40,156 bases of DNA from a virus, in the IMG/VR virus record IMGVR_UViG_3300027800_000009. The stretch is one strand, 5' to 3'. The position numbers were made by a program, and so were the translations under genes. The notes under the pieces were generated by a model that saw only the letters and a program-made list of their open reading frames with translations, was not told the origin of the DNA and did no database searches. Positions 31,013 to 39,668 of the stretch are shown in pieces (the first letter of the stretch is position 1; every line of letters begins with the position of its first letter).

Positions 31013-31360
31013 ATGAAAACGCGCGCGCTAGACATCAACGGGGATTGGCAATTCGGTCGGGGACTGCAATCTTACGTCACCGAAAAAAACGCATTGAAGC
31101 AGAATATTGCAACCCGACTAAAATCATGGAAAAACGACTGCTTTTTCGCAATGGACGACGGCGTTGACTGGCAAAATTTTCTTGATATAGGAATGAAGCA
31201 ATACCTCGACATTGACATAAAAAGAGTCATTTTGCAAACCGAGGGCGTCTTGCGGATTTCGTCCTATACGAGTACACTAGACACAGCGGACCGGCGCGCG
31301 ACGATCACGGCAACGGTGGCGACGGTTTTCGGTCTTTTAACGGTAACGGAGGTTGTATGA
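31013..31360 (+). CDS. Small baseplate wedge protein (gp25/W/Mu gp46-like position)
   Basis: 115 aa after GGGAGGG, between the spike and J-like genes. Confidence 0.6.
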   Translation: MKTRALDINGDWQFGRGLQSYVTEKNALKQNIATRLKSWKNDCFFAMDDGVDWQNFLDIGMKQYLDIDIKRVILQTEGVLRISSYTSTLDTADRRATITATVATVFGLLTVTEVV

Positions 31361-31965
31361 TTTTCGACGAGCTCCAAAAAGACACGATGGAAGTCAAAGA
31401 CTCGACTGGAAAATCAGCAATGAACGTAGCCCTTCTCACGATGTCTTCTTTTTCAAAAGACGCCGTTTTGACGACCGATTACGAGAATGACTATATCGTT
31501 CGAGGAATGGCTTTTGAAGTTCAGCGCCGCATATCCTTGACCTCCGGACAAACGCTTTACCTTGAATTTGACGTCACGAAAGCGGTTGGAAAACTAGTTT
31601 TTTCACTCCCATTCAAGGCGATATCAAATGGCGGTAACGTGTTTATTGACACCTACGGAGCAGATTCCTCGACGGGGGGAACGGTCTTAATGACGCCGAA
31701 CAACCTCAACGCGCTTTCAAGTAACGTTGCCCTGACTACGGTAAAAACAGGAGTTACGCCGACGGGAGGGCCTTATCGGGTTCGCGAGTATAGTACTGGA
31801 TCAAAAACGACCAATCAGGCTGCAGGAGGCGGATCAGCAGGAACGGGTTTCGCAAAAATCCTTGACAACTCCAAACCGCTTTATTTCAAGTTCGTGAATC
31901 AGGAAACCGATACCGTTATAATCGACTTTGGATTTGTTTGGTATGAATTGGAGCTAACAGCATGA
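31357..31965 (+). CDS. Baseplate-module protein of unknown function, 202 aa
   Basis: Coupled ORF (RBS GGAGG) inserted between the W-like and J-like genes. Beta-rich sequence. Confidence 0.6.
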   Translation: MIFDELQKDTMEVKDSTGKSAMNVALLTMSSFSKDAVLTTDYENDYIVRGMAFEVQRRISLTSGQTLYLEFDVTKAVGKLVFSLPFKAISNGGNVFIDTYGADSSTGGTVLMTPNNLNALSSNVALTTVKTGVTPTGGPYRVREYSTGSKTTNQAAGGGSAGTGFAKILDNSKPLYFKFVNQETDTVIIDFGFVWYELELTA

Positions 31966-33146
31966 GCGATATTCTTGATCAGAACGGATTGACATTAAAA
32001 ACGCTCCCAGAATTGACGACGGAGCTTTCTGACGGATTAAAAAGCATTTACGGCGACGATATATCGGTAGAGTCGGACTCCCCCGATGGCCAGTTAATCG
32101 GCCTAGTAGCCCAGGCGGGAATCGATCTCCGTGAGGTGCTTCGGGACGTGCATTCCTCTTTTGATCCTGAGCAGGCCCAGGGAACGGTCCTTGATCAACG
32201 CGTTGCGATTAACGGTATCCAACGTCGAGGAGCGACGTTTACTATCACGCCAGTTAACGTAACGGTTGACCGGACAGTAACACTTTCCGGTCTTGACGCA
32301 CTTGCTGATACGATAGAAATTCCTTCAGGAGTTTACACGGTTAAAGACGATGCGGGTACGCAGTTTGTTTTACTAGAGACGACGATTATTTCAGCGGGAA
32401 CACATTCTCTTTCTTTCCGAGCGAAAGATATCGGGGCGGTACTGGTCGCAGTCAACACGATAACGACACCAGCGACCGCAATCGCCGGTGTGACGGCGAT
32501 TGGAAACACTGCGGGAGTAACGACACAGGGAGTCGATGAAGAATCGGACGCAGCTTTGCGAATCAGGCGCAAGAAATCAATCGCCGGTCATTCTGTGGGG
32601 TATACAGATTCCATTGAATCCGCAATATCAGCCTTGAATGGAGTGTCCGCTTGCAATGTTGAGGAAAACACAACCGGGGCAGTTGACTCCTACGGTATTC
32701 CAGCTCACTCAATTTGGGTTGTAATAGAGAATGGAGACGAAGACGAAATCGCGGCCGCGATTTATGCAAAACGGTCTGTCGGGTGCGGTACATACGGATC
32801 CATAACGAAGACGGTAACACGCACAAACGGCCGCACCGTGCAGGTCAAATTCGACCGACCGATAAACGTCCCTTTGTATATTCGGTTTACTATTTCAGTC
32901 CCTTCGGGTGGATCGATCGACGAGGATTATCTGAAAGCGCAGCTGGTCGAGAATATCACCTACTTGATTGGCGAGGATGCAACGTCGGATGAAATCGTTT
33001 GTTTTCTAAAACAAATGAATCCTTTGTATCGCATAACGCTTGCGGGAATTTCCTTGAATGGGTCGACGTGGGTCGAGATATTAAACGCAGCAACGATCCA
33101 AAGCAAGTTTATTTTGGACGTGTCACGCATAACGATAACGGTGTAA
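31962..33146 (+). CDS. Baseplate J-like protein (Mu gp47-like)
   Basis: 394 aa. The N-terminal SPDGQLIGLVAQAGIDLREVL...GTVLDQRVAINGIQRRGAT is typical of the Baseplate_J family. Confidence 0.8.
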   Translation: MSDILDQNGLTLKTLPELTTELSDGLKSIYGDDISVESDSPDGQLIGLVAQAGIDLREVLRDVHSSFDPEQAQGTVLDQRVAINGIQRRGATFTITPVNVTVDRTVTLSGLDALADTIEIPSGVYTVKDDAGTQFVLLETTIISAGTHSLSFRAKDIGAVLVAVNTITTPATAIAGVTAIGNTAGVTTQGVDEESDAALRIRRKKSIAGHSVGYTDSIESAISALNGVSACNVEENTTGAVDSYGIPAHSIWVVIENGDEDEIAAAIYAKRSVGCGTYGSITKTVTRTNGRTVQVKFDRPINVPLYIRFTISVPSGGSIDEDYLKAQLVENITYLIGEDATSDEIVCFLKQMNPLYRITLAGISLNGSTWVEILNAATIQSKFILDVSRITITV

Positions 33147-33150
33147 AGGC

Positions 33151-33765
33151 ATGGCAGAAAACGCTAATCTGATCGAATATTATAAAAACCTTCTCATTTT
33201 GCAGTATCGGCAAAAACCGAAAGCCGAAGCAATGGTCGAGGAATTTATCAAAGCGTTAATGGTTTTCGATATTATCGACGACGTTCGAAACGGGTATAAC
33301 CTTTCGACTGCGGTCGGACCGCAGCTTGATATTTTATCACTATACGTCGGCGCCTCGCGATATGTCCCCGGAACGTTTTTTTATAGACAATATTTTGGAT
33401 TTGTCCTTTATGGCGATACTTCGCCATTTTTATTTAATGGGTATATAAAATATGGTGATGCAATTCCCGATGTACAGTTTCGAACATATGAGGAAGGAAA
33501 GCAATCTGATTACGCGCTTACCGATTCAGAACTTCGAAAGTTTATAAACCTTCGGATTATAAAAAATAATTCGACGGGATCATTAAAAGATATCGACGAC
33601 TTCCTTTTATACTTTTTTTCAGGTACGGTGTACGTCGAGGAAGAGGCGAATATGGAATTAACATATTACGTTCCTTTGGCTGACGTGCGTATATTTACGA
33701 TCGCTCGAGAAATGAACGTTCTCCCGAGCCCCGCAGGCGTTGGGGTTTTTGTGGTTGCTATATAA
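33151..33765 (+). CDS. DUF2612-like baseplate / tail-fibre attachment protein (Mu gp48-like)
   Basis: YYKNLLILQYRQKPKA...AVGPQLDILSLYVGASR fits the DUF2612 pattern. It follows the J-like gene. Confidence 0.68.
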   Translation: MAENANLIEYYKNLLILQYRQKPKAEAMVEEFIKALMVFDIIDDVRNGYNLSTAVGPQLDILSLYVGASRYVPGTFFYRQYFGFVLYGDTSPFLFNGYIKYGDAIPDVQFRTYEEGKQSDYALTDSELRKFINLRIIKNNSTGSLKDIDDFLLYFFSGTVYVEEEANMELTYYVPLADVRIFTIAREMNVLPSPAGVGVFVVAI

Positions 33766-33786
33766 TAGGAAAGGAGCAAGAAAAAC

Positions 33787-36201
33787 ATGGCAAAACTTAT
33801 CAGAGTAAAACAGGAAATATTTGGCTCGTCCGGAGCGACAACGGAATTTGGCGTTTTTGGATCGGACTCCGAAGGCGCCGCGGCAACGTCGAAGGACCCC
33901 GCGCTCATCCAGTCCCTTGAGACGTTCTTGCGTGGACTTTACGGATCGACCGCGAATGCCTCACAGCCTCCAAGAATTCAGGATATGAATGCCCTTTACT
34001 ATCTTTTCGCCCGACAAATTGCCTATGGGATGCAGGCGGGCGTCCCCGAGTGGCTTGCGACGGAAAACTACTATGCGAATGGATCAGTCGTGCTCGGATC
34101 GAACGGAAAAATATATATTTCCAAAACCGGTACGGACGGAGCTCCGAACGTAAACAATAATCCCGTAACTGATACGGGAACAAATTGGCGATTCCTTTGG
34201 TCGAACGAAGAATTTACCGCTCTCTCCGATCTCTCCCGCGTCATGCAGATCAATGGCGACGGCGTGCCAATGATCCCTGACAACGCGGCGGGCATCGAAT
34301 ACATCCCTAATTTTGCAACAACTGATAGCTGGTCGGGAAACAATTCTTCCCTGTCAGTGTCCGCAAACGTGTTGAAAATAACGGCATCGTCGTCGGCGTT
34401 ATACGGCGGATCACGAAGTTTCTCAGTTCTTAATGGAAATATAGCCAGAATAAGAATCAGAACATCACGGGCAACAACCGTTTACTTAAAAGTAAATGAC
34501 GGCTCTTCATTCCCTATAATTGGTCTTGTATCAACCACCGCAGGCGTTTGGACGTTTATAGATGGCTATGCAATAGGTTCAGCAACCGGCCAGCTTTTTA
34601 TAGACACCTTTGATGGTGCTACGGCAGGCGACACGCTTGAGATATCGCAAGAAGGCACATATCTCGGGTCTGGCCTTTACGACACGCCTCTGTATGATAC
34701 ATCTTGTTGTAATATATTCAAAATCCATGGTGTCCTTCCCGTCAAAGGCAAGCGAGGATTAGCGCTATCTTTTAATGGCGCACATTGGCTCGAAGCAAAC
34801 AATCCGGTAACTGGAATAACCGGAACCTTAAGTTTTATTTTAACCACTGGCTCCGACGTGACTACCCGTCAACGTATTTTAAGTAACAGAACATATTCAC
34901 CTAACGCTGGATTGTCGGCAAGTATATATAATGGCGACCTTCTAGTTGAAGGTTCAGAAGATGAACATCTTGCATATGCGGTATCACCTAACACGGAGTA
35001 CACAGTTAGCATTGATTTTGCTCCGACGACCTATGCAGTGACGGTAAACGGTGTTCAGGTAGCGTCCGGCAGTGCGGTATTCACGTTGGCAACGAGCGTG
35101 CTTTATATAGGACGCGCCGCTCATTATGCAGGAGAGTACCTAAAAGCGACTATTGAGAATCCGCGATATGATGACACGGTTCTCACCGTTGACCAGAAGA
35201 TAAGATATCTCAACGGCGACGACGCGGTTGATAGCCAGCAGAAAAGCGAAACCGGCACACCTCACGCACTCGCGGTATACGGCGCCGACGGTGGATTAAA
35301 GGCACATGGCGGGGCGAAGGTTTGGGATTCCTCAAATGACGTTGGTCTTTTTGGCCCAGACGGATGGCCTCTTATAAACGGGCCGGTCTATGGCATGACG
35401 GCCCAGGTCGGCGTTGGCCTTTCTATACCAGGGATCAGTTTCCCCGCGCTCTGCGCGCTTAACGCGACCGACGTCGCGTTTATTGATAGCGTGGCAGGAA
35501 TTCTCCGGGTATATCGATGGAATGGGTCCACGTGGTCTCAGGTCGGAACAGGTCTTACGATAGCAAGTGGCGCGCATGGACCTCTTTGTGCGCTTAACGC
35601 GACCGACGTCGCCTATTTTACTCTTGAATCCCTGCGCGTATATCGATGGAATGGGGCAACATGGACGGAAGTCGGAACAGCCCTTACGATAACCGGGGTT
35701 ATAGGAGCCGCGCTCTGCGCGCTTAACGCGACCGACGTCGCGTTTATTGATGGAGCTCTTGAATCCCTCCGGGTATATCGATGGAATGGGTCCACGTGGT
35801 CTCAGGTTGGAACAGGCTATTCAATACCAGGGATAGATAATATTCCCGCGCTCTGCGCGCTTAACGCGACCGACGTCGCGTTTATTGATGGAACTCTTGA
35901 ATCCCTCCGGGTATATCGATGGAATGGGTCCACGTGGTCTCAGGTTGGAACAGGCTATTCAATACCAGGGATCAGTTTCCCTGCGCTTTGCGCGCTTAAC
36001 GCGACCGACGTCGCGTTTATTGATGGAGCTCTTGAATCCCTGCGCGTATATCGATGGAATGGGTCCACGTGGTCTCAGGTTGGAACAGGCTATTCAATAC
36101 CAGGGGTAGATAATATTCCCGCGCTCTGCGCTCTTAACGCTACCGACGTCGCGTTTATTGATGGATCTCTTCAATCGCTACGTACTTACAAAACGATCTA
36201 A
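33787..36201 (+). CDS. Tail fibre / receptor-binding protein with a LamG/ConA-like centre and a six-repeat C-terminal domain
   Basis: RBS AAAGGAG, 804 aa. The central LALSFNGAHWLEANN...LSFILTTG...YNGDLLV...YTVSIDF looks lectin/LamG-like. The C-terminus holds six repeats of about 45 aa. Confidence 0.82.
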   Translation: MAKLIRVKQEIFGSSGATTEFGVFGSDSEGAAATSKDPALIQSLETFLRGLYGSTANASQPPRIQDMNALYYLFARQIAYGMQAGVPEWLATENYYANGSVVLGSNGKIYISKTGTDGAPNVNNNPVTDTGTNWRFLWSNEEFTALSDLSRVMQINGDGVPMIPDNAAGIEYIPNFATTDSWSGNNSSLSVSANVLKITASSSALYGGSRSFSVLNGNIARIRIRTSRATTVYLKVNDGSSFPIIGLVSTTAGVWTFIDGYAIGSATGQLFIDTFDGATAGDTLEISQEGTYLGSGLYDTPLYDTSCCNIFKIHGVLPVKGKRGLALSFNGAHWLEANNPVTGITGTLSFILTTGSDVTTRQRILSNRTYSPNAGLSASIYNGDLLVEGSEDEHLAYAVSPNTEYTVSIDFAPTTYAVTVNGVQVASGSAVFTLATSVLYIGRAAHYAGEYLKATIENPRYDDTVLTVDQKIRYLNGDDAVDSQQKSETGTPHALAVYGADGGLKAHGGAKVWDSSNDVGLFGPDGWPLINGPVYGMTAQVGVGLSIPGISFPALCALNATDVAFIDSVAGILRVYRWNGSTWSQVGTGLTIASGAHGPLCALNATDVAYFTLESLRVYRWNGATWTEVGTALTITGVIGAALCALNATDVAFIDGALESLRVYRWNGSTWSQVGTGYSIPGIDNIPALCALNATDVAFIDGTLESLRVYRWNGSTWSQVGTGYSIPGISFPALCALNATDVAFIDGALESLRVYRWNGSTWSQVGTGYSIPGVDNIPALCALNATDVAFIDGSLQSLRTYKTI
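35401..36198 (+). repeat. Six tandem in-frame repeats of about 126-138 bp in the tail-fibre 3' end
   Basis: gcgct(c/t)tgcgcgcttaacgcgaccgacgtcgcgtttattgat recurs near 35447, 35710, 35848, 35984 and 36121, with a variant near 35584. A 54-nt block cgatggaatgggtccacgtggtctcaggttggaacaggctattcaataccaggg is identical in three copies. Confidence 0.9.
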
Positions 36202-36264
36202 CAAGGAACAAAAGAATATTTCATAAAGAGACAGAATATTATTATTCGATTACCGCCATACCGG

Positions 36265-36301
36265 AAAAAAAGGCAAGCCCACCACCGCTTGCCTTTTTTT
36301 A
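36265..36301 (+). terminator. Rho-independent terminator after the tail fibre (bidirectional shape)
   Basis: AAAAAAA GGCAAGC-ccaccacc-GCTTGCC TTTTTTT. Confidence 0.85.
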
Positions 36302-36317
36302 TATTTCGTCATATAAT
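36289..36317 (+). promoter_or_regulatory. Candidate promoter (TTGCCT-17-TATAAT)
   Basis: The -35 overlaps the terminator's 3' arm. TATAAT lies at 36312-36317, upstream of the RHH gene. Confidence 0.4.
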
Positions 36318-36345
36318 TAAAATGTCTTTTAAAACAGGAGAAAAC

Positions 36346-36531
36346 ATGGGCAGACCAAAAGGCCATCCGGGGCCCGTGAAGCCGGAAGCGGAAAAGATGA
36401 ACAAGCCGGTCCGCGTGGGGTTCACGTCGGTGGAAAAAAACTTACTTATCAAGCGGGCGGCCTCGCTTCATTTATCGGTATCGAAATATATCCGGACGCT
36501 TTTCGTCGCGGACATTACGAAAAATGGGTGA
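36346..36531 (+). CDS. Ribbon-helix-helix DNA-binding protein (MobC/CopG-like), 61 aa
   Basis: Start at ATG 36346 after AGGAG. KPVRVGFTSVEKNLLIKRAASLHLSVSKYIRTLF has the RHH pattern. Confidence 0.65.
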   Translation: MGRPKGHPGPVKPEAEKMNKPVRVGFTSVEKNLLIKRAASLHLSVSKYIRTLFVADITKNG

Positions 36532-36712
36532 AACGGCAACCCTTATAGCGCGTATACGCCAAGATATCGGGTGTGGTCGCGTCCCGACGGCGGAAGTGCT
36601 GCAGTTGTGCGAGAGGGCGGAGGAACTTCTCGCTGTGTCGCTTAAAATGGAAAAGGCGCTGCACGACGCGCTGAAAATAATTGAGTCGCGCGATTCTTTG
36701 GTAGAAAAATAA
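36524..36712 (+). CDS. Hypothetical protein, 62 aa
   Basis: It overlaps the RHH gene by 8 nt. No clear RBS. Confidence 0.45.
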   Translation: MGETATLIARIRQDIGCGRVPTAEVLQLCERAEELLAVSLKMEKALHDALKIIESRDSLVEK

Positions 36713-36724
36713 ATACGATTATTA

Positions 36725-36752
36725 TTGACATATATTTATTTTCGTGTATAAT
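36725..36752 (+). promoter_or_regulatory. Consensus sigma70 promoter (TTGACA-16-TATAAT)
   Basis: TTGACA tatatttattttcgtg TATAAT, about 65 nt upstream of the tRNA. Confidence 0.8.
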
Positions 36753-36818
36753 AATAATTACTTTATGACTTCTTCTTTTCTGTCCCCTGAGTGCGCCGTT
36801 GGCGAGGAAGGGGGCCAC

Positions 36819-36890
36819 AGTAGGGTAGAGAAGCGGTATCTCGCCAGTCTCATAAACTGGAAATCGAAGGTTCAAATCCTTCCCCTGCTA
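36819..36890 (+). tRNA. tRNA-Met (anticodon CAT; elongator- or Ile2-type, not initiator-like)
   Basis: Manual cloverleaf: acceptor AGTAGGG/CCCTGCT (one G-U pair), D arm GAGA-AGCGGTA-TCTC, anticodon arm CCAGT-CTCATAA-ACTGG, variable loop AAATC, T arm GAAGG-TTCAAAT-CCTTC, discriminator A. 72 nt, no encoded CCA. Confidence 0.85.
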
Positions 36891-37176
36891 ACTGGTTGAA
36901 TCCAAACCAACGGACGCCGAAAGGACTTCGCCGTGAAGGATTTTAGAAGTGAGGCCGCAAGGTGTAAGGCGGCTGACACCTTTCAAAGTGCGAGAGTGGC
37001 TTATATGTCGCACCCTCCGGGTCAACGCCGGACACTTCTATATTTTTTTAGGCAGTCACGCGCCTTATGTCTGGACGGAAACAGCCCTTTTAGATGATGG
37101 CCGCTTCCGGCGAATCGTGACCCGTCCTCCGGTTTTCCGGGCGTGACGCGGCCATCTTCTAAAGGGGTTGTTTCTT
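36891..37176 (+). other. Structured non-coding leader between the tRNA and the helicase operon
   Basis: About 286 nt without a convincing ORF. Several local hairpins (GTGCGA...TCGCAC, TCCGG...CCGGA followed by a T-run) and the long helix at 37085..37167. Confidence 0.45.
37085..37167 (+). promoter_or_regulatory. 20-bp long-range helix that sequesters the Shine-Dalgarno of ORF 37177
   Basis: CCCTTTTAGATGATGGCCGC (37085-37104) pairs with GCGGCCATCTTCTAAAGGGG (37148-37167), with one mismatch and one G-U. The 3' arm contains the only SD-like element (AAAGGGG) and is followed by TTGTTTCTT. Confidence 0.55.
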
Positions 37177-37335
37177 ATGAGTAAAGGATTTATTGACAAA
37201 AGAACTAAAGCCTATAAATGGACTTTGGAACAATTCAAAAAAGCCAGAAAAGCAGCCGAAGAAGAAACATTTGATCGTTTTTATCTTTATTTAATAAAGA
37301 AAGAAAGAGAAGATCGCGCGGCGGGCAAAAAATGA
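37177..37335 (+). CDS. Small basic ORF, 52 aa, coupled to the helicase
   Basis: Hand translation: MSKGFIDKRTKAYKWTLEQFKKARKAAEEETFDRFYLYLIKKEREDRAAGKK. The stop overlaps the helicase ATG (ATGA). Unusually AT-rich. Confidence 0.45.
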   Translation: MSKGFIDKRTKAYKWTLEQFKKARKAAEEETFDRFYLYLIKKEREDRAAGKK

Positions 37336-39020
37336 AAGCCGCAAGAGACTACCAACGCGCAGCGGTCGACGCTATTTACGCTTACTGGGAAAAACCAAAA
37401 TCAAAACATGGAATCGTCGTAATACCCACCGCCGGGGGAAAATCCCTTGTCATGGCCTTGCTCATTAAGGAAGTATCCGAAAGCTGGCCGGGAACGCGTA
37501 TTTTGTGCCTCACGCACGTTCAAGAGCTCATAGAACAGGATCACGCGGAACTTTTGGACAGCTGGCCCGAAGCCCAGGCTGGGATCTATTCGGCCGGATT
37601 GGGGCGCAAGGACCACGCGGCTCCGATATTGTTCGCGGGAATCCAGTCAATCGAGAAAACGGCGAACCTTCTTTCCCCTCCCCCGGAAATTGTCCTCGTC
37701 GATGAGTGTCATTTAATTCCCCGGAACGAACAGACACGGTATATGCGCACGCTCTCGATACTTTCCGTCATGTATCCTGCCCTGCGCGTTGTTGGCTTCA
37801 CGGCGACCCCATATCGCATGGATTCAGGGTGGTTGCATAAGGGCGACGACGCCATGTTTCAGGACATTATTTATTCGGTCGAACCTCAGTACCTCATCGA
37901 TCAAGGGTTCCTTTCCCCGGTCTTTGCGCGCGCGGGAGCGGTCAAGATTGATACCTCGGACGTTCACAAACGCGGCGGGGAGTTTATCTCGGGCGAGCTC
38001 GAGAAGGCGGCAATGGCAGGGGACACGACGGCGGTCGCGGTCGCGGATTTCATCGAACGGGGAAAAGATCGGAAAAAATGGCTCGTTTTCGTGACCGGAC
38101 TCGCTCACGCGGAACAGGTCTATCAGGCCGTCATAAACGAGGGAATCACGACGGACGTGGTAACGGGTACGACGCCGAAAGCACAGCGCAAAAAAATCGT
38201 CGAAGAATTCAAGTGTGGACAGATAAAATGCCTCATAAATATTGACGTTTTGACAACTGGGTTTAATTGCCGAGATCTCGATATGATCGTCATGCTACGG
38301 CCGACCGGTTCGCCGTCCCTCTACGTCCAGATGGTTGGGCGCGGTATGCGGACGGCTCCGGGTAAAACGGATTGCCTCTTACTCGATTTTTCTGCCAATG
38401 TGGTCAGGCACGGTCCGATTGACGCCGTGGACCCGGAAGCGCCCAGCAAGGGCGAGGGCGTGGCACCGGCGAAAGAGTGCCCGTCTTGCCAAGCCATCAT
38501 CGCCGCAGGCTTCCGCGTGTGCCCGGTATGCGGTCATGAGTTCCCGGCCCCCGAGCCGAAAATCGCCCCCCGGCCGGTAGCCGCCCCCGTTCTGAAAAGC
38601 CAGATTCTCCCCCAGGAATACGAGGTGACCGGCTGCCGGTACTGCCGGCACGTAAAGCAGGGGAAAAAGGATTCGATACGGGTTGAGTATACCTGTGGTT
38701 TTCTCACCTTCAAGGAATGGGTGTTCCCCGACGCTGGGACTCCGCAGCTCGCTTTTTACTACGGGAAATTCATGACGGCGGCGGGGGTAGAATATACACG
38801 GTGGCCGCGAACCGTAGAGGCTTTTCTTGCGGCTCCTCCCCGTTCCCCCTCGCGGATATGGGTCACGCAAGAAGGGAAATTCGACCGCGTGACGCGCAAG
38901 GAATACGGGGACGGGGCGCCGGAGGTCGAGGTGGACGGCCCGAGCCTGCGCGAGCAGAAAGTACGCTACGATATGGAACCGGCGACATCGCCGGTTTATG
39001 ACGACGTTGTCCCTTTTTGA
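37332..39020 (+). CDS. Superfamily 2 DEAD/DEAH-box helicase with a C-terminal zinc ribbon
   Basis: Motif I VIPTAGGKS, motif II LVDECH, motif III GFTATP, motif VI QMVGRGMR, then CPSCQ...CPVCGH. Confidence 0.88.
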   Translation: MKAARDYQRAAVDAIYAYWEKPKSKHGIVVIPTAGGKSLVMALLIKEVSESWPGTRILCLTHVQELIEQDHAELLDSWPEAQAGIYSAGLGRKDHAAPILFAGIQSIEKTANLLSPPPEIVLVDECHLIPRNEQTRYMRTLSILSVMYPALRVVGFTATPYRMDSGWLHKGDDAMFQDIIYSVEPQYLIDQGFLSPVFARAGAVKIDTSDVHKRGGEFISGELEKAAMAGDTTAVAVADFIERGKDRKKWLVFVTGLAHAEQVYQAVINEGITTDVVTGTTPKAQRKKIVEEFKCGQIKCLINIDVLTTGFNCRDLDMIVMLRPTGSPSLYVQMVGRGMRTAPGKTDCLLLDFSANVVRHGPIDAVDPEAPSKGEGVAPAKECPSCQAIIAAGFRVCPVCGHEFPAPEPKIAPRPVAAPVLKSQILPQEYEVTGCRYCRHVKQGKKDSIRVEYTCGFLTFKEWVFPDAGTPQLAFYYGKFMTAAGVEYTRWPRTVEAFLAAPPRSPSRIWVTQEGKFDRVTRKEYGDGAPEVEVDGPSLREQKVRYDMEPATSPVYDDVVPF

Positions 39021-39042
39021 TCTTTTACTAGCAGGAAACCCC

Positions 39043-39071
39043 TTGCAAAATAGACTTTTTGGCATTATTGT
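39043..39071 (+). promoter_or_regulatory. Promoter with ATG at the predicted transcription start (leaderless arrangement)
   Basis: TTGCAA-17-TATTGT, then 5 nt, then the ATG of ORF 39077. No Shine-Dalgarno. Confidence 0.45.
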
Positions 39072-39076
39072 AAATT

Positions 39077-39661
39077 ATGCGAGAATGGAACCTGGATCCG
39101 GCCGGAATTCATTATTATTCACAGCGAAATAACGAAATAAAACCGTCTATCAGGTGCAAGCCAACCGCAACCGTTTGCGGTATGGAAATCCTCGGGATAC
39201 CGCTCCCCGCGGGGCCATACAAGCAACCCGAGGATAATCTTACCGATTACATGGAAAAAACCTATGGACCTGAGTCCCCCGAGAATTGGCCGTCAATAGC
39301 AAAAGCAATCAACGAACATTTTTTACCCTTAAACAAACCCATTGTTGGCCCCCGGTGGAACTGGACGATCAGGGAAGCCCTTTTTGGAATAACACGCGGG
39401 ATTCCTTTTATTGGGTCGACTTGGCTTACAAAGCCTGGTCACGTCGTCACGATCATTGGTTTCACGACTAATGACGAAAGCACGCCGCGAACCTGGCAAG
39501 AAATCGATTTTGATCAGGTACAGGAAATAATTCTCCACGATCCCTACGGTGACCGGACCTCGGGCGAATACACGTCTCAATCAGGCCGTGGTAACAGATA
39601 TCCCGCAGTCTTTTTTTATACGCGTCTTTGGCGCGGAGTCGGAATCCAAATAAAAAGGTAA
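39077..39661 (+). CDS. C39-like cysteine peptidase (candidate endolysin / cell-wall peptidase)
   Basis: HYYSQRNNEIKPSIRCKPTATVCGMEILG matches the YSQ....C.PT pattern of Peptidase_C39_2-type domains. Candidate catalytic His (GHVVTIIGF) and Asp (HDPYG). It is followed by small membrane proteins. Confidence 0.65.
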   Translation: MREWNLDPAGIHYYSQRNNEIKPSIRCKPTATVCGMEILGIPLPAGPYKQPEDNLTDYMEKTYGPESPENWPSIAKAINEHFLPLNKPIVGPRWNWTIREALFGITRGIPFIGSTWLTKPGHVVTIIGFTTNDESTPRTWQEIDFDQVQEIILHDPYGDRTSGEYTSQSGRGNRYPAVFFYTRLWRGVGIQIKR

Positions 39662-39668
39662 AGAAAAT

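Noticed and set aside
35401-36198. Regular repeats of about 137 bp that could be mistaken for a CRISPR array, or for DGR template/variable repeats at a tail-fibre tip.
   Set aside because: The repeats are in-frame coding units of one ORF with no unique spacers. The genome has no reverse transcriptase, and differences between copies are not restricted to adenine positions.
36951-36985. Apparent H-type pseudoknot: GCCGC...GCGGC interleaved with AAGGTGT...ACACCTT.
   Set aside because: The connecting loops would be 0 and 2 nt, which is sterically implausible for simultaneous formation. The two stems are more likely mutually exclusive hairpins or chance complementarity.
36949-37146. 65-aa ORF in the region between the tRNA and the helicase operon.
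   Set aside because: It starts at a non-ATG codon without an RBS, runs through the hairpins and the 5' arm of the 20-bp helix, and has an Arg-rich composition. The region is treated as non-coding structured RNA.
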